A stretch of 64,000 bases of DNA from Somniosus microcephalus (taxonomy: Eukaryota). The position numbers and the translations under genes are program-made. The stretch is from assembly GCA_052327205.1 (NCBI GenBank), contig CM126224.1, forward strand, positions 28,954,001 to 29,018,000, in the 5' to 3' direction. Positions 25,508 through 37,700 of the stretch are shown in pieces. The notes below the pieces were generated by a model. That model did no database searches. It was given only the letters and a program-made list of their open reading frames with translations, and was not told where the DNA came from. The first letter of the stretch is position 1. Each line of letters starts with the position of its first letter.

Positions 25508-25764
25508 AACCTCACAAGAGCATCCCTGCTGCACTATTGCCTATATTTCTGTTTGTTACGACACTGAACTTTGTGGCCTTCTTGAATGAGAATGCCAATT
25601 AGTGATCAATTATGGTTCATTTGCATCCTGTAGACTGCTGCTCACTTGATAAGAGCTTCAGACTACCCAAACTCATTTTACTTTGGGCTCTTCATCCTGT
25701 CAGTCCGGATGGATTTATCTCATGCCCCAGATACGAAGGTGTAGTGTTCTAACCCAGCCGCAAA

Positions 25765-26150
25765 TGTGCTAAAATGCCCAAGGTGCTTCACAAAAGCGTA
25801 ATCAGACAAACATTGACACCAAAGCAAAGATAGGAGATATTAGTAGGGATAACCAAAAGCTTGGTCAAAGAGGTGGGTTTTAAGGAGTGTCTTAACTGAG
25901 TAGAGGAAAGTAGAGACGGAGGGTTTACTGAGAATTCCAGAGTGCCAGGTCTAGACAGCTGAAGGCACAGCCAACAGTAGTGGAGCAAAGGGAGGGAGGG
26001 ATGCACAAGAGGCCAGAGTTAGAGGAACAGAGTGTTTTGGGGGGTGTATGGTTGAAGAACGTTACAGATAGGGAGGGGCAAGGCCAGGAAGGGATTTAAA
26101 CTCAAGCATGCAAATTTTCAATTAAAGGTGTTGGTGGACTGGGAGCTAAT
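25765..26150 (-). mobile_element. L2 LINE 3' fragment
   Basis: Aligns by eye with 42090-42480 and 190-480 (cccaagg.gcttcaca...cttggtcaaagaggt.ggttttaaggag). Confidence 0.8.
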
Positions 26151-26618
26151 GACTCGGGAATCGGAAGTACAACTTCAAAATTTGCGGACAATACCAAATT
26201 GGAAGGTGTAGTTAATACAGAAGAGGACTGTGACAAAATACAGGAAGACATTAATAAACGTGCAGAATGGGCATGTAATTGGCAAATGAACTTCAATATA
26301 GACAAGTGTGAGGTGGTACATTTTGGTAGGAAGAATAAGGAGGCCACCTACTCCTTGGAAAATAAGACTGCGATTTTGCCGGCGTTCAGAGGGCAGGTTC
26401 AGAGGCAGGTCTGCTGTCAAAAATGCAATGATTGACAGCGAGTTGGGAACCTGCCTCCACGTAAGGTTCCAAAGTGTCGGGTCTGCGATTTCAGAGCAGA
26501 CCCAACACCAAGCGGCGGGGGAGGCATTTAGGATAGCTAACTGCTCATTAAGTGCTCGCTAAATACTATTTTGGCAGCCTTTTTGTATTTTCCCACATTT
26601 TTAACGGATTTCACGTCA

Positions 26619-26821
26619 CACAGAATCACAGAAACCCCACAATGCAGATAGAGGCCATTTCGGCCCATCGAGCCTGCACCGACACATATCCCACCTGATC
26701 CCCGTAACCCCTACACCAACACATATCCCACCCGATCCCCGTAACCCCACGTATTTAATCCCCCTAACAGTAAGGGTCAATTTATCATAGCCAATCAACC
26801 TAACCCGCACATCTTCGGAGA
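26619..26821 (-). mobile_element. 5'-truncated HE1 (V-SINE) 3' half with an internal duplication
   Basis: Reverse complement reads GATGTGCGGGTTAGGTTGATTGGC...CTCGATGGGCCGAAATGGCCTCT...(GATTCTGT) tail; 8-bp TSD TCACGTCA at 26611-26618 and 26822-26829. Confidence 0.85.
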
Positions 26822-27094
26822 TCACGTCAGGTAAGTATGTCGGGTGTTCAATCGAGCTGAATAGATCACAGCTGCAACTGCAGTAGAAAATCTAACCTTT
26901 CAAATCTGTTCAGTTTCCAATGTCAGAAGTTGCTGATTTCAGGATTGGGAAGACACATTTGATTTGTATTGAGGCTGTAAGTGTGTGGTGTAAACTCTAT
27001 ATGCACTGTCACCTCCTTGGAATAACCTCTCTTCCCCATTGACTGAATGCTTCTAACATCTCGTCCTCAACTGCCATATATAACAGCAGAAAGA

Positions 27095-28331
27095 ATGGGA
27101 GCCAATATACTTTCTCACCCTGGTCCTCAGAATCAGAAGACGATCAGCCGCAGCAGCAGCAGAACCAGGCTCACCAGCAGCACCAACAACAAGAGCGCCA
27201 ACCTTCTCCTCAACCACCTGATGCTGCACAGGGCAGAGGTCATCAGCGAAAGGGCTGCACCACGCCGCAGGAGATACCCCCAACACAGGCTTTACAGGCA
27301 GAGGATGAGCTTCCTCAACGCGACTGAGCAGCAGTGCCAAAGGAGGCTGAGACTTGAGAGAGAGGTAGTCGCAGACATTTGCACAATGCTCGATCAAGAC
27401 CTGTAGCCCAGAGGAGCGGGAGGACACCCCTTTCCAGTGGCTGTCAAAGTCACCACCTACCTCAACTTCTTTGCGTCAGGCTCCTTCCAGTGATCAGTAG
27501 CAGACATTAGCGGCATCTCCCAGCTGGCCGCCCACAGATGCATCACGCAGGTCACCGATGCCGTCTTTGACAAGTCCGCCAATTACATCCACTTTTCCAC
27601 TGATGAAGCCAGTGTCACTGAGTGGGTGCTCAGCTTTGTCAATCTGGCTGGCTTCCCACAGGTGCAGGGCGTTATCGATTGCACACATGTCGCCATCAGG
27701 GCACCCCATCAGAACCCAGCTGTATTTGTCAACCGCAAGAGCTCCACTCCCTTAACGTGCAGCTGGTGTGCAACCATAGGAAGAGCATCATGCATGTGTG
27801 CGCCAAGTTCCCTGGCAGCTGCCATGACTCTTACATCCTGCGCCAGTCCACTGTTCCTCAGCCCTTTGCACCGCCAAACGAACTTTCCAGCTGGCTCCTT
27901 GGAGATAAGGGCTATCCCCTGAAGATGTGACTAATGACACTGTTGAGGAGCCCATTAAACCAGTCCCCGGAGCATTACAATCAAAGCCACATTTCCACCA
28001 GAAGTCTCATAGAGCAAACAATAGGGTTGCTCAAATGCGCTTCAGATGCCTGGACAGATCTGGTGGAGCCCTTCAGTAAGCACCAGCCAGGGTCTCGAGA
28101 ATCGTCATATTCTGCTGTGCCCTCCACAACATCGCATTGCAACAAGGATTAGCGCTGCAGGAGGAGCAAGGCGCAGAGCACACAGCCTCTTCAGAGGAGG
28201 AGGAGGAGGAGCAGAATGTAGTTGAGCATGAGGAAGACCTGGAGGAGGCGACTGGCTCAGTGCGACCGGCACGTGAGCACATTGCTGCCTGTGATGCCAG
28301 GAATGGCCTAATCCATGCCAGATGCACCTAA
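27095..28331 (+). pseudogene. Harbinger DDE transposase (HARBI1 family), disrupted
   Basis: [64 protein letters not shown]; in-frame stops at 27404-27406, 27491-27493 and 27928-27930 plus frameshifts. Confidence 0.92.
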
Positions 28332-28610
28332 CTTTAAGCAGCACAGACATGTGGCTGCCACATGCACATGAAGGTTGGCATGACCCCACTTCAACACCAT
28401 AGAGCATCTCTACAATGAACTGTGCATTCCTTGCACTGTCACCACCATTGCTGGACATAAAAGGCGGCCTTACCCTTCACTGTGCCACTTCAAACTGTGA
28501 CCACACATATGACAACAAATTCAAACATTCAGAAAACATTACTTTATTGCAACGAAATAAAAAAACTGAAACTTAACATTCATTTGTAGCAAATCACCCA
28601 AGTGACTACC

Positions 28611-30677
28611 CTAGTGACTATTTATGTGTGAGCTTTTACGTATGCTTCTACGTGGTGCTACCCCTGTGGCTTCATCAGATGTAGAGGCAGGCTGCTCACT
28701 TCCCTGCTGCGCCTGCTTAGATGCCTTTGACGGTCGTCCTCTGGGTTTTGGAGCCTTTGAGAGCCCTGCCAAAGTCTGCTCTTCCTGCAGCTGTGCAGGG
28801 GTAGACTTGGCCATCGGTGTTCGGGGAGGCATTTGGGGCTCTGACCGAGGGGTTGGCAAAGGGGGGGGGATGTTTGATCACTTGGAGAGGAGCCTTCACT
28901 TCCATGTCCCCTCCCACCACCATCCCTCTCATGGGCCACCTGCACTTCTTTGCTAGCAAGTAGCTGGAGAGCACCTTGCTGCACATCAGTGGGGCCATGA
29001 GGACCCATGTCTGTACTAAGATTCCTCATAACAAAGATGTCCATGAACCTTTGGTTTTGCTCCTCGATAGATGCCCGTCTATTTAGAAGTGTTACCATGT
29101 TCTCCTGAGTCTGGCGATTTATGGCCTCCATGGAGGTTGCCACCCTTTCCATGGTGGTACCTACAGTTGCCAATGCGTGCGCTATGGCGTTGCTCATAAT
29201 TGAGATGGACTCCTCCATTCTCTGCACACTCGCAGTCACCGTGGTTGCAAACCCAGTCAGAGCCTCCTGCACTTCTTCCTGAAGCTCCAGGGTCGCGCTC
29301 TTCCTGGATGGCCCCCGAGGCTCAGCGTCTACATGCAGCTGAGCACAGCTAGGAGCGTCCTGCGGCCTCCGACGAGGAGTCTCCACTGCTGTCCCTCTCT
29401 CTAACATCTGATCTTGCTCACTTGTGACTTGTGATACACCAGGTGATAACACTACTCTATCTCGCATTGTACCCACCGAGGTGTGCGTCTCGGTGCTGGG
29501 TGCGCTCATTTCTGCTGATGCTGCTCCCTCAGAGGTTGAAGTATCCTCTGAGGAGTGCTCCTGCTCTTCCTCCTGGACAGTGGGTGGGGGGGGAGCAGCT
29601 CTTGATGGTCTTGTGGGAGAATAAAGACATGAGTTAGACATATGATATGTAGATTGCACACACATTCCATTATGCAGATGAGGAGCATTCAATTTCTATT
29701 GATGTCAGATCCCAATTGATACACTCATGAATGCCAAATAAGATGTATGGAGAATAATTCTGTCACCAGGTTGTTCTAATGAGCCCCTCTCTCCGTCCCC
29801 CACGTCAGGCTGCTCAACTACTCCTGCAATGTCCAGAGCTGCATCCTCTGTGTTGGTGAGCTCAGCCAACGATGGTGGTCCTCCTCCTGTTCTCTCCCTC
29901 TCCCTCTTATTGTGGGCTCTCTTTTCCTGCAGTGAGGGAAAGAAGTGCAGTTTTAGTGAGAGTGATGGAATGAGTGTAAAGAATGGATACGATAGATGTT
30001 CAGAGGGAGTCTATGATGGAGTGGGGTGCCAATACCAAGTTGCCTCCTTTTGAGTTGGTTGTTGTCACAGAATCACAGAAACCCCACAGTGCAGATAGAG
30101 GCCATTTCGGCCCATCGAGCCTGCACCGACACATACCCCCACCCGATCCCGGTAAGCCCATGTATTTAACCCCCCTAACACTAAGGGTCAATTTATCATA
30201 GCCAATCAACCTAACCCGCACATCTTTGGACTCCCCATTGCATAACGTTGAGAGTGAGTGTGAGGGGTGCATAGTAAGATGGGGATGTGATTCTGTACAC
30301 ACGGAGAGAGGGATGGGCGATGGTGCAAGGGATGTTGGGGTGAGTTAGGGTGTCTAGGAGTAGGGATGGCAATGCAGAGTGATGGGGATGTGATGACAGG
30401 CACAGCAGAATGAAGGTAAGTGTGCTTTTATACTCACTCTTCCTGAACGTAGGAGATCATTGAACCTCTTCCTACATTGCACCCAGGTGCAAGCAACAAC
30501 AGACTTTGCATTCACCTCCTCAGCTATTTGCAGCCAGACTGCCTTTGTCTGGTGAGGAGGTCTCCTCCTTCCATCTCCAGGAAACCGAACCTCCCTGCGT
30601 CCTCTGACTCCCTCCACAAGAACATGGAGGGAGTCATCGTTGAAACGTGGCGCAGCCCTTTGTCTCTCGGCGCTCAT
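28611..30677 (-). pseudogene. Harbinger Myb/SANT (trihelix) DNA-binding accessory gene, 3 exons (30677-30438; ~29926-29767; ~29610-28611)
   Basis: MSAERQRAAPRF...WLQIAEEVNA...TWVQCRKRFNDL then gtgagt donor; exon 2 EKRAHNKRERERTGGGPP; long low-complexity/coiled-coil exon 3; frameshifts present. Confidence 0.88.
30066..30232 (-). mobile_element. Second 5'-truncated HE1 (V-SINE) 3' half, in intron 1 of the Myb gene
   Basis: Near-identical to 26619-26821 without the internal duplication; no clear TSD. Confidence 0.85.
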
Positions 30678-33238
30678 TTTTCAAACAACCAGCGCACAGG
30701 AGTATGAAATCTGAAGTGAGAGCAAATGGGGACATGGCCCCCTTAAATAGAGCTTGCAGCAAACGCGTCATCAGAGGACCTCAACAGACCCGCACCTTGT
30801 AATTGGGCCAGGTCTCGCGCTCGGTGGGCTTAACGAGCCCAATTAACGCAAAATTGTTTGCACAGAGTGGCCGGAGCCGTGGGCGGAACCGGAACCCACC
30901 AACTACCTCTCCCGTTGCGAACCCACCTCCGTTGACAAAATCCAGCCCTAAGTGGCTTAGAGGAGCAGAGGGATCTGGAGGTATAGGTACACAAATCACT
31001 AAAAGTAGCAATGCAGGTTAATAAAACCATTAAATAAAGCAAACAAAACAATGGGGTTCATTTCTAGAGGGATAAAATTGAAAAGCAGAGAAGTTGTGTT
31101 ACACTTGTATAGAACCTTGGTCAGACCACACTTGGCGCACTGTGAACAGATCTGGTCTCCATATTATAAAAAGTCTTTGGAGACATTGGAGAAGGTGCAA
31201 AAAAGATTTACTAGAATGATACCAAAGCTGCGAGGTCATACCTATCAGGAAAGGTTAAACAGGCTGGAGCTCATTTCTCTGGAAAAGAGGAGACTGAGGG
31301 GTGATCTGGTAGAGGTCTTTAAAATTATGAAAGGTTTTGACAGGGTAGACATAGAGAAGATGTTTCCACTTGCAGGGGAAACCAGAAGTAGGGGCCATAA
31401 ATATATATTTAGGAGAAACTTCTTTACCCAGAGAGTGGTTAGAATGTGGAACTCACTACCAGAAGTAGATGAGGAGAATACCATCGATACATTTAACGGG
31501 AAGCTAGATACACACATGAGGGAGAAAGGAATGGAAGGATATGTTGGTGGGGTTAGATGAAGAGGAGTGGGAGGAGGTTCATGTGGAGCATAAACACTGG
31601 CATTGACCTGTTGGGCCGAATGACCTGTTTCTGTGTGTAAATACTGTACTATGTAATACATAGCCAATCCCTATTGTCTACCGAGAGAAAGAGCATCCAT
31701 AACATAGACGCTGATTTCACACCAGAGAGAAACATTTTATACAATCGATGAGGCTTCAGGAGCAGTGAGACATCAAGACATCATTTACTTACAATTGGCT
31801 TGATGTGAACCATGTGACTGCACTCTTGATGGTACCTGGCTTTAAATTTTGCGAAAGAAAATCTCAAAGTTAAGAACTAAAATAAAGATGTGTAAAAACA
31901 TTCAAGAAACAAACCCTGAAAATAAATTATTCGTAAGTCACATTCAAACCACCTACATGCAATCTTTACGTTTTGAAGTTTGCCTAAATGCATAATTTAA
32001 CAAACACTTTTAAAAAATATATTTTTCCCACATTTAAACTTATTAGAAACTTGCATCCATACCACAAACAGTTTACACAATGGTATCTTCCTTGATATCG
32101 CTGCTCTGTGGCAAAATCACTTCAAGTCCAGGCCCAGGTTTTAGGTCCATATTTCTCCAAAGCCTCCCCAACATCCAGATAGTTTGAGGGTGGCATGCAC
32201 CTGAGAACCTGGTGACCAAATCAAACCATGCAGTCACTACGTACCTGTACAGTGAAATGTAGAACCAAGATAGCTGTTCCATTTCTTCACTTTTACTTCA
32301 GAATAATGCTTTCAAGAAACTAAGCTAACCTGTTATATAAATAGAATGTCTGTGGTGTTTCATTCACCAATATGCAGAAATTTTACTTCATGGAAATTGC
32401 AATGTCATTTCTAATCTCTCCGACAGAAATTCTGTCAAAAAATCCGAACCTGTCCTTCTCGCTATTTTAACAGAAATAAAGAGGTTTAAAATGGACAATA
32501 ACAAACATTTTACTAGCATAACTAAAATGCTGACCATTTGTGCCATATGCAACGTTAGATATTGAGATTAAATCTTTGCCTAACCCTTGCAGTCCAGATA
32601 TATACCTGCCACTCTCACTCGTTTGGAGTGAGTCACTTATTTTGGTTTAAAAATATGGCAAATTTTAATGGATCTCTTTTTTTTTTTAAAAAAGAGAAAA
32701 CATAATTCCATATATTCAAATGGAGTTGTGAGCTGGCTCACTATTTGTGATCATCTGACACCTAACAGTTCCCTGACCCTGCCAGCTTTCCAGACATTCG
32801 GGAGGTTATTTTTGTCTGCTGTCCACCCCAGTTGAGAACGAGGCAGCAGTGGTATGTAAATCGGCGAGACTCACATTTACAATTGCGTTAGCTACAACAG
32901 TTATTTTGGTGCCAGTCTAAACTTGCTAAAAGTGGGTATGAACTTTGCTGATCCAATTCTGCGCATTCAGTGAACATCTCAATCCTCCTTGATGTGTAGA
33001 GAAGCTACTCATTGATTAATGAATTGTTCTTCTCTATTTCACTCTGGCAGTTTTATACAGTTATGTCTTTGTTTGCAGCGAGTGATTGATATGTCACTGT
33101 GATTTTTTTGTACTTTTTTTTTTGTGTTCCTAACATCATAATGCTTAGACAGCCTTTTCCTGTAGTACCACCTCTTTGCCCCTTACCCTTAATCAGGAAT
33201 GTTCCTGGCCATGCAAATCACCTTTTCTTACCATGCAG

Positions 33239-33370
33239 GAAATGGCAGAAAATGGCTACTCGGTGGCAGGAGACGACATCCAACAGAAGAGTATCGCATC
33301 CCCCCTGTCTGAGAAGAAAGAAGGCAAGCAGCGAGAGGACCGGCGACCAATAACCGTACACTTTGGGCAG
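33239..33370 (+). CDS. DENND1A: DENND1A coding exon (132 nt): EMAENGYSVAGDDIQQKSIASPLSEKKEGKQREDRRPITVHFGQ
   Basis: ccttttcttaccatgcag acceptor and gtacgt donor; REDRRPITVHFGQ is diagnostic; overlaps ORF 33176-33382. Confidence 0.96.
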
Positions 33371-33915
33371 GTACGTAGTTAAATTCTCCAATCTATGCAT
33401 TGAATTGACCTTGTTACAAAAACCAGAGTAATTAATATAATCACTAAAAGTGGCATTTTATTTTATTTTTTGCTGCTTTTTAGGCCTTTTAGGAGACTAA
33501 TCTCACATAAATAAAGTAATTCCTTTCATTACATTCCTCACAATTTTTCTTCCTTTTGCTGTGCTCTTTGCATTTTCTTATTTAATTGCCAAGAGCGCTC
33601 CATAGCTGCTTACTTAGTCTTCATTTCTATGACTTTCTATTCCTTGTAAGAATTATGAATTGGCTATACTATGAAGAACCAATAACATTGTTATTTAAGT
33701 ATTGAAGCTGATGTTAATGGGGATAAGCTTTACGTAGAAACTGCAGCCTGCCTCACCAAAAAAGTGCAGATTTAATGACTGCTTTACATCTGTTTTGGAC
33801 AGCTGAATCCAAAATCTCAATTAGCTACTAGTGGGATCTCACAGTGAAAACATGCATACATCAAGCCATTATTACTAGTATTATATCAGAGGTTAGCATT
33901 TGCGGTAGGAATAAA

Positions 33916-34750
33916 CTTTTTTTTAAATTAATTCTCGCGATATGGGCCTCACTGACAAGACCAGCATTTATTGCCCATCCCTAGTTGCCTTTGAGGTGGT
34001 GGTGAGCCTTTATCTTGAGTCACTGCAGTCCGTGTGGGGAAGCTGCTCCACAAGGCTGTTAGGTAGGGAGTTCCAGGATTTTGACCCAGCGCTGATGAAG
34101 GAATGACGATAGATGTCCAAATCAGGATGGTGTGTGACTTGATGGGGAACTTGGAGGTGATGGTGTTCCCATGCGTCTGCTGCCCTTGTCCTCGGTGGTG
34201 GAGGTCGCGGGTGTTGGAGGTGCTGCTGAAGAATCCTGGGCGAGTTGCTGCAGTGTATTAGTACACATTGCAGCTATGATGCACTAGTGGTGGAAGGAGT
34301 CAATGTTTAAGGTGCTAATCAAGCGAACTGATTTGTCCTTGATGGTTTCGAACTTCTTTAGTGTCATTGCAGCTGCACCCATCCAGGCAAGTGAAAAGTA
34401 TTCCATCACACTCCTAACTTGTGCCTTGTAGGTGATGGAAAGGCTTTTGGGAGGTGAACCACTCACTGCAGAATACCCAACCTCTGACCTCTAGTAGCCA
34501 CAGCATTTATGTGGCTGGTCCAATTGAGTTTCTGGTCAATGGTGATCCCCAGGATGTTGATGATGGGGGATTCGCCAATGTTAATGCCGTTGAATGTCAT
34601 GGGGAGGTGGTTAGGCTCTCTCGTGTTGGAGATGGTCATTACCTGGCACTTGCGTGACGCAAATGTTACTTGCCACTTCTCAGCCCAAGCCTGAATGTTG
34701 ACCAGGTCTTGCTGCATGCGGACACGGACTGCTTCATTATCTGACAAATT
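33916..34750 (-). mobile_element. Older 3' fragment of the same LINE family as 3087-5390
   Basis: ORFs 34463-34774 and 34284-34466 (DNEAVRVRMQQDL, YKAQVRSVMEY) match the 4500-4950 region; same 3' UTR. Confidence 0.92.
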
Positions 34751-37700
34751 GTGCGTTTGTATGTGAAAATCCAAGAAGTGTGTATATTCAAATTCTAGCT
34801 AAGTTATTCATCTGTTTTTACTTGTTTTAAAATTATGTGCCACTTTAAAGTATATATAGAAAAACCTGATGATAAGGCAGTGGCTGACAAAATTCTCCTA
34901 GGACTGTAGGCAATATGTGTCATGTTTTAAAACTAGAGTGCTGCAGGTTCAACAAGGACTTCTCTCATTCCACACACAAATAGCTCTTCGAACACGAATT
35001 TGAAGATCAGTGTGACCTATTATTCAGAAAGAGTTTTAATTGTGGGGGGAATGTGCAAAGGGAGTGGAGTTTTATGATATCTAAAGTATATGGTTTAATT
35101 TATCTGGGACAGGCTATATATATTGGAGGCGGCAACAACAACAACAACAAACATTTATACAGAGCCTTTAACATCTTTTCTCTTTACAGATACTGACTGT
35201 CGTACTGTGTATTTCCAGCATTTTCTGTTTTTATTTCAGATTTCCAGTATTTACATTTTTTTCCCCCTTTTTTCAAATCGCTGCTCATTGTTAGTCCTCA
35301 GTCAGACCATGAGGCGAGACCTGCTACTGAATTAACATAAAATACTGGATGTAGGAAGTGAACTGGATGAGGTCTTCATTTGACGGTATGGTGATGATTT
35401 CATTACCAGTGTGGGAACTCTTCAATATCCAATGTACTTTTTGGCTGCTGTCAGTGGAATATTTAACATACTGTTTGTGACCATTGCAAAATGAGCTTTG
35501 TTAATAACATTTTTCTTTTTAATTATGAGAAATCAAAAGTATAATTTTCTTTTGTCATCCTTAAAACATATTAGATTTGTTTTGCAAGGAATTTTCAATA
35601 TCTGTGTTTCTAAAGATTTAACAAAGAAAATCCATTGAAATATGGGCATTTCTTCTTAAACAATCAGGATTTAAGAATGTGTTGACATAAACAAACCCCG
35701 TAGAAATATCACCCAAACTATTGAATGAATTAAAGTAGGTTTAATAGTTTTTAAAGTATCCAGTTCTATTTCAACTGCTTCTTTCTGTCCTCCTTCCCCA
35801 CCCCCTTGTATGGATTCTTGCTAAGGTGTAAGAGGCATAAAATTCTATCAAAGCATAGAGAACGCGCAAATTAGTTGTAATGAAGAGTCTGCTGAAAATT
35901 ATCAATTTGGGAATTTGGCTATCAAAGAGAAATTGAAATGGATTAAAGGAACAGAATGTGGTCAAGGATTGTCTCACAAGGTAAAAGAACACAAAAATGT
36001 TTTTTTGTACAGCAAGTAGATGATGTAAACTCATATTCTGGTGTAATCAATTGGATGATAATTACAGGATAAATCTATCTCGTATCTCAGCTCCATTTAA
36101 ATTCCAAACACAATCAGTGCAATAGCTTTTCTGGGGAAGAAAGCATTACTACCAGTTATTGCATAGTTTATGCACACTTTTGTGCTGCTGTCTAATGTCT
36201 ATTGAGAAATGGACTGCAACTGCATAACTCATTTTGTTTAATATCTTTTAGCAACTGACAGAAAGATAACTCATTCATCATTTGTTCTTGTCTCAAGTCA
36301 AACCCAGATCAAAGAGGTGAATGACCAGTGTTATAACTTTACTACCCAGTTTCTTGTACAAGCTGTTTCTTCGAACCTATTGTATGTGCAGATACAGGCC
36401 CTATAATCTCAAAAGCTCACTGATGGAGTCTTTTTTTAATTAAAAAAAATGTTTTGTAGTTGTTTCAAATGACATAATTGTGCATTATATTTCCTGTCTA
36501 TGGTTACTGAAATACTGCAGTCCTACTTTAAGGTGCTTGTCTGTGTGTATGTTAATTTTATTAGATGTATTGGTTCATCAAACCTAAAACATTTATTGGT
36601 CCAGTATTCATTTTGTATTGTTCGAAACCTATCCTCTGCTAGAACCAGCGACTTTTCTGTTGCACGTTTTGTGTTACTCCAAACTTTGTTAAAAGCTTTC
36701 AGCAGTGCATCTTAAGAGTTGATGGATTATTTTTGAACCCCTCTTATTGCATGGAAAATATTTCATTTTACAGAGCCATAAACCAAGGCTCTGAGATTCC
36801 AGCACTCAGAAATATAATGTATAATTTCATGTTTGCCACAAGAAATATGCTGATTGATGTAGCTGAATTCTGAAAAGAATTTCCTGTTGCCATTTAGAAA
36901 TAGAAAGCATTTGCTCAGCAACATAATTGAAGCTGCTACATAAAGCTTGACGTAAGAAAATTACTAGGCACTTGGTCTAAGCGTTAAACAAAGCTTTAAT
37001 CAACTGTTTTACAACATAGAGATCTAGTTGTGTCCTTCACTAGTTCCTGTTAAGAATGTCCTGCGCAAGCTGGGCCCGTGCCCGAGTATTTATACTCTCC
37101 CTGGACAGCGCCACCCATAGGCCGCTCAGTATTATTTCATAAGTCTTTCTTTCATGAATGACTGATTCATGTCAAAGCTTATAAAGGTTTCACCTGCACT
37201 AAGAAGGAGAGGTAACAGCAACTGTTGGACTTAGCCACTGCAATCCTCAGCAACTCGGGCGTGTTAGGATCAGGGGTAGAATAAGCTGGTACTAGATAGA
37301 ACAAAGGAAATTTTAATGGCTGCAAACTCAGTTTTGCATGAAATAATTTTACTGTGCAAATGAATAATTGTTCTGGAGTAAAATAACGAACTTGAGTACA
37401 ACAAAATAATTTGAACTCAAAATGATTAGAACTTTTTGTTTTAAGGTTCGTCACTTGTTTTTGTTTAACTGCTCCCTTTATTTTAAGTATTTTGTTGTCA
37501 GTGAAATTTGCCCATTTTACCAACTTTAGTGTCCATAGTAAAGTTTATTCTGTGCCTCAGAGTTAGGGTTTTTTTTACTTCTGCATGAGGATTCGTCAGT
37601 CGTCGTCTATAGGTGATCCAGTCTGGTTAATGCATCACAAAATGGGTGGTCAGTGGAATGTAAATTGTTCCATAGAGAGGTTGATATTCGAATACGTCTA

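Larger units (their letters stand above)
26366..30948. mobile_element. Full-length PIF/Harbinger DNA transposon (4583 bp) with two convergent genes
   Basis: TAA TSD at 26363-26365 and 30949-30951; imperfect TIRs GACTGCGATTTTGCC / GACAAAATCCAGCCC; cleanly interrupts a CR1; encodes DDE transposase (+) and Myb/SANT protein (-). Confidence 0.93.
26151..31660 (+). mobile_element. CR1 LINE 3' fragment split by the Harbinger insertion (pieces 26151-26365 and 30952-31660)
   Basis: KFADNTKL...WQMNFNIDKCEVVHFG before the insertion and GFISRGI...RTLVRPHL...RRNFFTQRVVRMWNSLP after it; candidate TSD agctaat (26144-26150) / agccaat (31662-31668). Confidence 0.9.

Noticed and set aside
27095-28331. Domesticated HARBI1 gene
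   Set aside because: Multiple stops and frameshifts, and it is flanked by TIRs and a TSD, so it is a transposon copy rather than the host gene
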